Origin: a bacterium | GTDB lineage: Bacteria; Bacillota_I; Bacilli_A; RFN20; CAG-288 | Assembly: GCA_963643715.1 (NCBI GenBank) | Contig: CAVILQ010000004.1 | Span: forward strand, 10,955-74,954 | Reading direction: 5' to 3' | Length of the DNA stretch: 64,000 nt | Shown here: piece by piece, positions 63,318 through 64,000 of the stretch | How the letters are laid out: each line of letters opens with the position of its first letter | How positions within the stretch are numbered: position 1 is the first letter of the stretch | Notes under the pieces: generated by a model | Databases searched by the model: none | The model's input: the letters and a program-made list of their open reading frames with translations, nothing else | What the model was told of the DNA's origin: nothing | Position numbers and translations under genes: made by a program

Positions 63318-63804
63318 TAAAAAGGGTAGAGTCCAAGCGGTCATTCAAAAGGATCTCTCTGAGATCATCCTTTATGAACTCAAAAGCCCTGTCACACAGT
63401 TTGTTTCTGTCAACGAAGTCAAAATGACTGTTGATTATTCCTATTGTAAAGTATTTGTCTCTGATATCAATCCAGATAAAACGGATGAAGTTGTTCGCTT
63501 TTTGAACAACAACAAAGGCAAGATTAGAACGATGCTTAGTAAGAAGCTTTCTATCTATAAGACTCCGGATCTTCTCTTTGTCTCTGATAAGACTTATGAA
63601 CAGAATAGCGAGATGGAGAAATTCATCGAATCGGTCAACAATAAGAAACCGGTCACATTGAAGGACGTCTTCGGAGATGACTTCAAGATGGCTGATGAGG
63701 AAGAGACAAAAAAAGAACCTGTTGCCGTTGAGGAAGAAAAACCTGTCAAGAAGACAAGAACGACAAAAACAGCCGCATCCAAAAAGAAGAAAACTGTTAA
63801 GTGA
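63310..63804 (+). CDS. rbfA: Ribosome-binding factor A with ~45-aa Lys/Glu-rich C-terminal tail
   Basis: RVQAVIQKDLSEII and VSVNEVKMTVDYSYCKVFVS (KH-like core), then IYKTPDLLFVSD. 164 aa. Confidence 0.9.
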   Translation: MADKKGRVQAVIQKDLSEIILYELKSPVTQFVSVNEVKMTVDYSYCKVFVSDINPDKTDEVVRFLNNNKGKIRTMLSKKLSIYKTPDLLFVSDKTYEQNSEMEKFIESVNNKKPVTLKDVFGDDFKMADEEETKKEPVAVEEEKPVKKTRTTKTAASKKKKTVK

Positions 63805-63808
63805 TTTT

Positions 63809-63836
63809 AGAACTCCGTTTCGGCGGAGTTCTTTTT
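63809..63836. terminator. Intrinsic terminator after rbfA
   Basis: AGAACTCCG-tttcgg-CGGAGTTCT followed by TTTT. Confidence 0.85.
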
Positions 63837-64000
63837 CACCCTGATTGCAATTTTAACAAACAACTTTTTCCTTGAAAAAATCTTTTAAAAGTTGCTTTTT
63901 TTCGAATCGTGCCGTTGTATCGTTCTCCTGTATAGGAAAGCGTTATTTCTGAGCAAATTTCCTCTACTATTTTCCTCATTTCGATATTATGATATTAGTC

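Noticed and set aside
63836-63979. 47-codon minus-strand ORF (MRKIVEEICSEITLSYTGERYNGTIRKKATFKRFFQGKSCLLKLQSG). Its TGA overlaps the final T of the rbfA terminator's 3' T-run (63836).
   Set aside because: It has no Shine-Dalgarno sequence and no recognisable family, and it is below any length at which composition alone is informative. It cannot be supported without conservation or ribosome-profiling data.
1-64000. Mollicutes-type genetic code (TGA = Trp), suggested by insertion-rich ABC proteins and the lipoprotein-heavy secretome.
   Set aside because: Trp is encoded by TGG throughout, for example in the GH43 and SBP genes. Several well-defined genes end at TGA exactly where homologues end (the FecCD-family permease, alaS, the ABC exporter gene 53777..55504). 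The standard bacterial code therefore applies.

Overview
64-kb AT-rich, gene-dense chromosomal segment from a low-GC monoderm bacterium (Bacillota-like). It uses the standard genetic code, with TGA as a stop and TGG for Trp. I recognised no rRNA, tRNA, CRISPR array, intact IS/transposase or prophage gene. Left to right: (i) the end of an iron-chelate-type ABC importer, an orphan hypB-like G3E GTPase, an ECF-S-like membrane protein and an RluA-type pseudouridine synthase. (ii) A complete Pho module in one minus-strand operon (pstS-pstC-pstA-pstB-phoU-phoP-phoR), preceded by three phased TTTACA/TTTACT Pho-box-like repeats. (iii) Housekeeping genes: a SuhB-family phosphatase, ruvX and alaS. (iv) A small accessory patch. 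It holds a solitary MazF/PemK-fold gene with an N-terminal extension, a 377-aa GNAT-like protein, and a minus-strand operon (amino-acid ABC importer, beta-helix DUF3737-like protein, PatB/MalY-type C-S lyase). That operon sits behind a ~240-nt structured leader whose 5' half matches the lysine (L-box) riboswitch. (v) A flavodoxin, the decayed 3' end of a DUF4143-type ATPase gene, and short dispersed repeats. (vi) A ~28.5-kb glycan-utilisation locus (23.3-51.9 kb). It contains five GH43 paralogues, a GH2, a SASA-type and an SGNH-type esterase, a LacI regulator and a MATE pump. It also has a sugar ABC importer (546-aa binding lipoprotein, two permeases, and a 696-aa MsmK-like ATPase with two large insertions) and two non-catalytic Big_2 lipoproteins. 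(vii) A heterodimeric ABC exporter with one degenerate ATP site, translationally coupled to a 604-aa orphan lipoprotein. (viii) ogt and the rimP-nusA-ylxR-ylxQ-infB-rbfA operon. The best candidate for something undescribed is the surface part of the glycan locus: eight lipobox proteins sharing a recurrent lectin-like beta-sandwich module, a Cys/His-rich repeat module, and the insertion-bearing ATPase. Other leads are the divergent L-box-like leader, the extended solitary MazF-like gene and a family of short dispersed repeats. All functional calls rest on motif recognition by eye, since no database search could be run.
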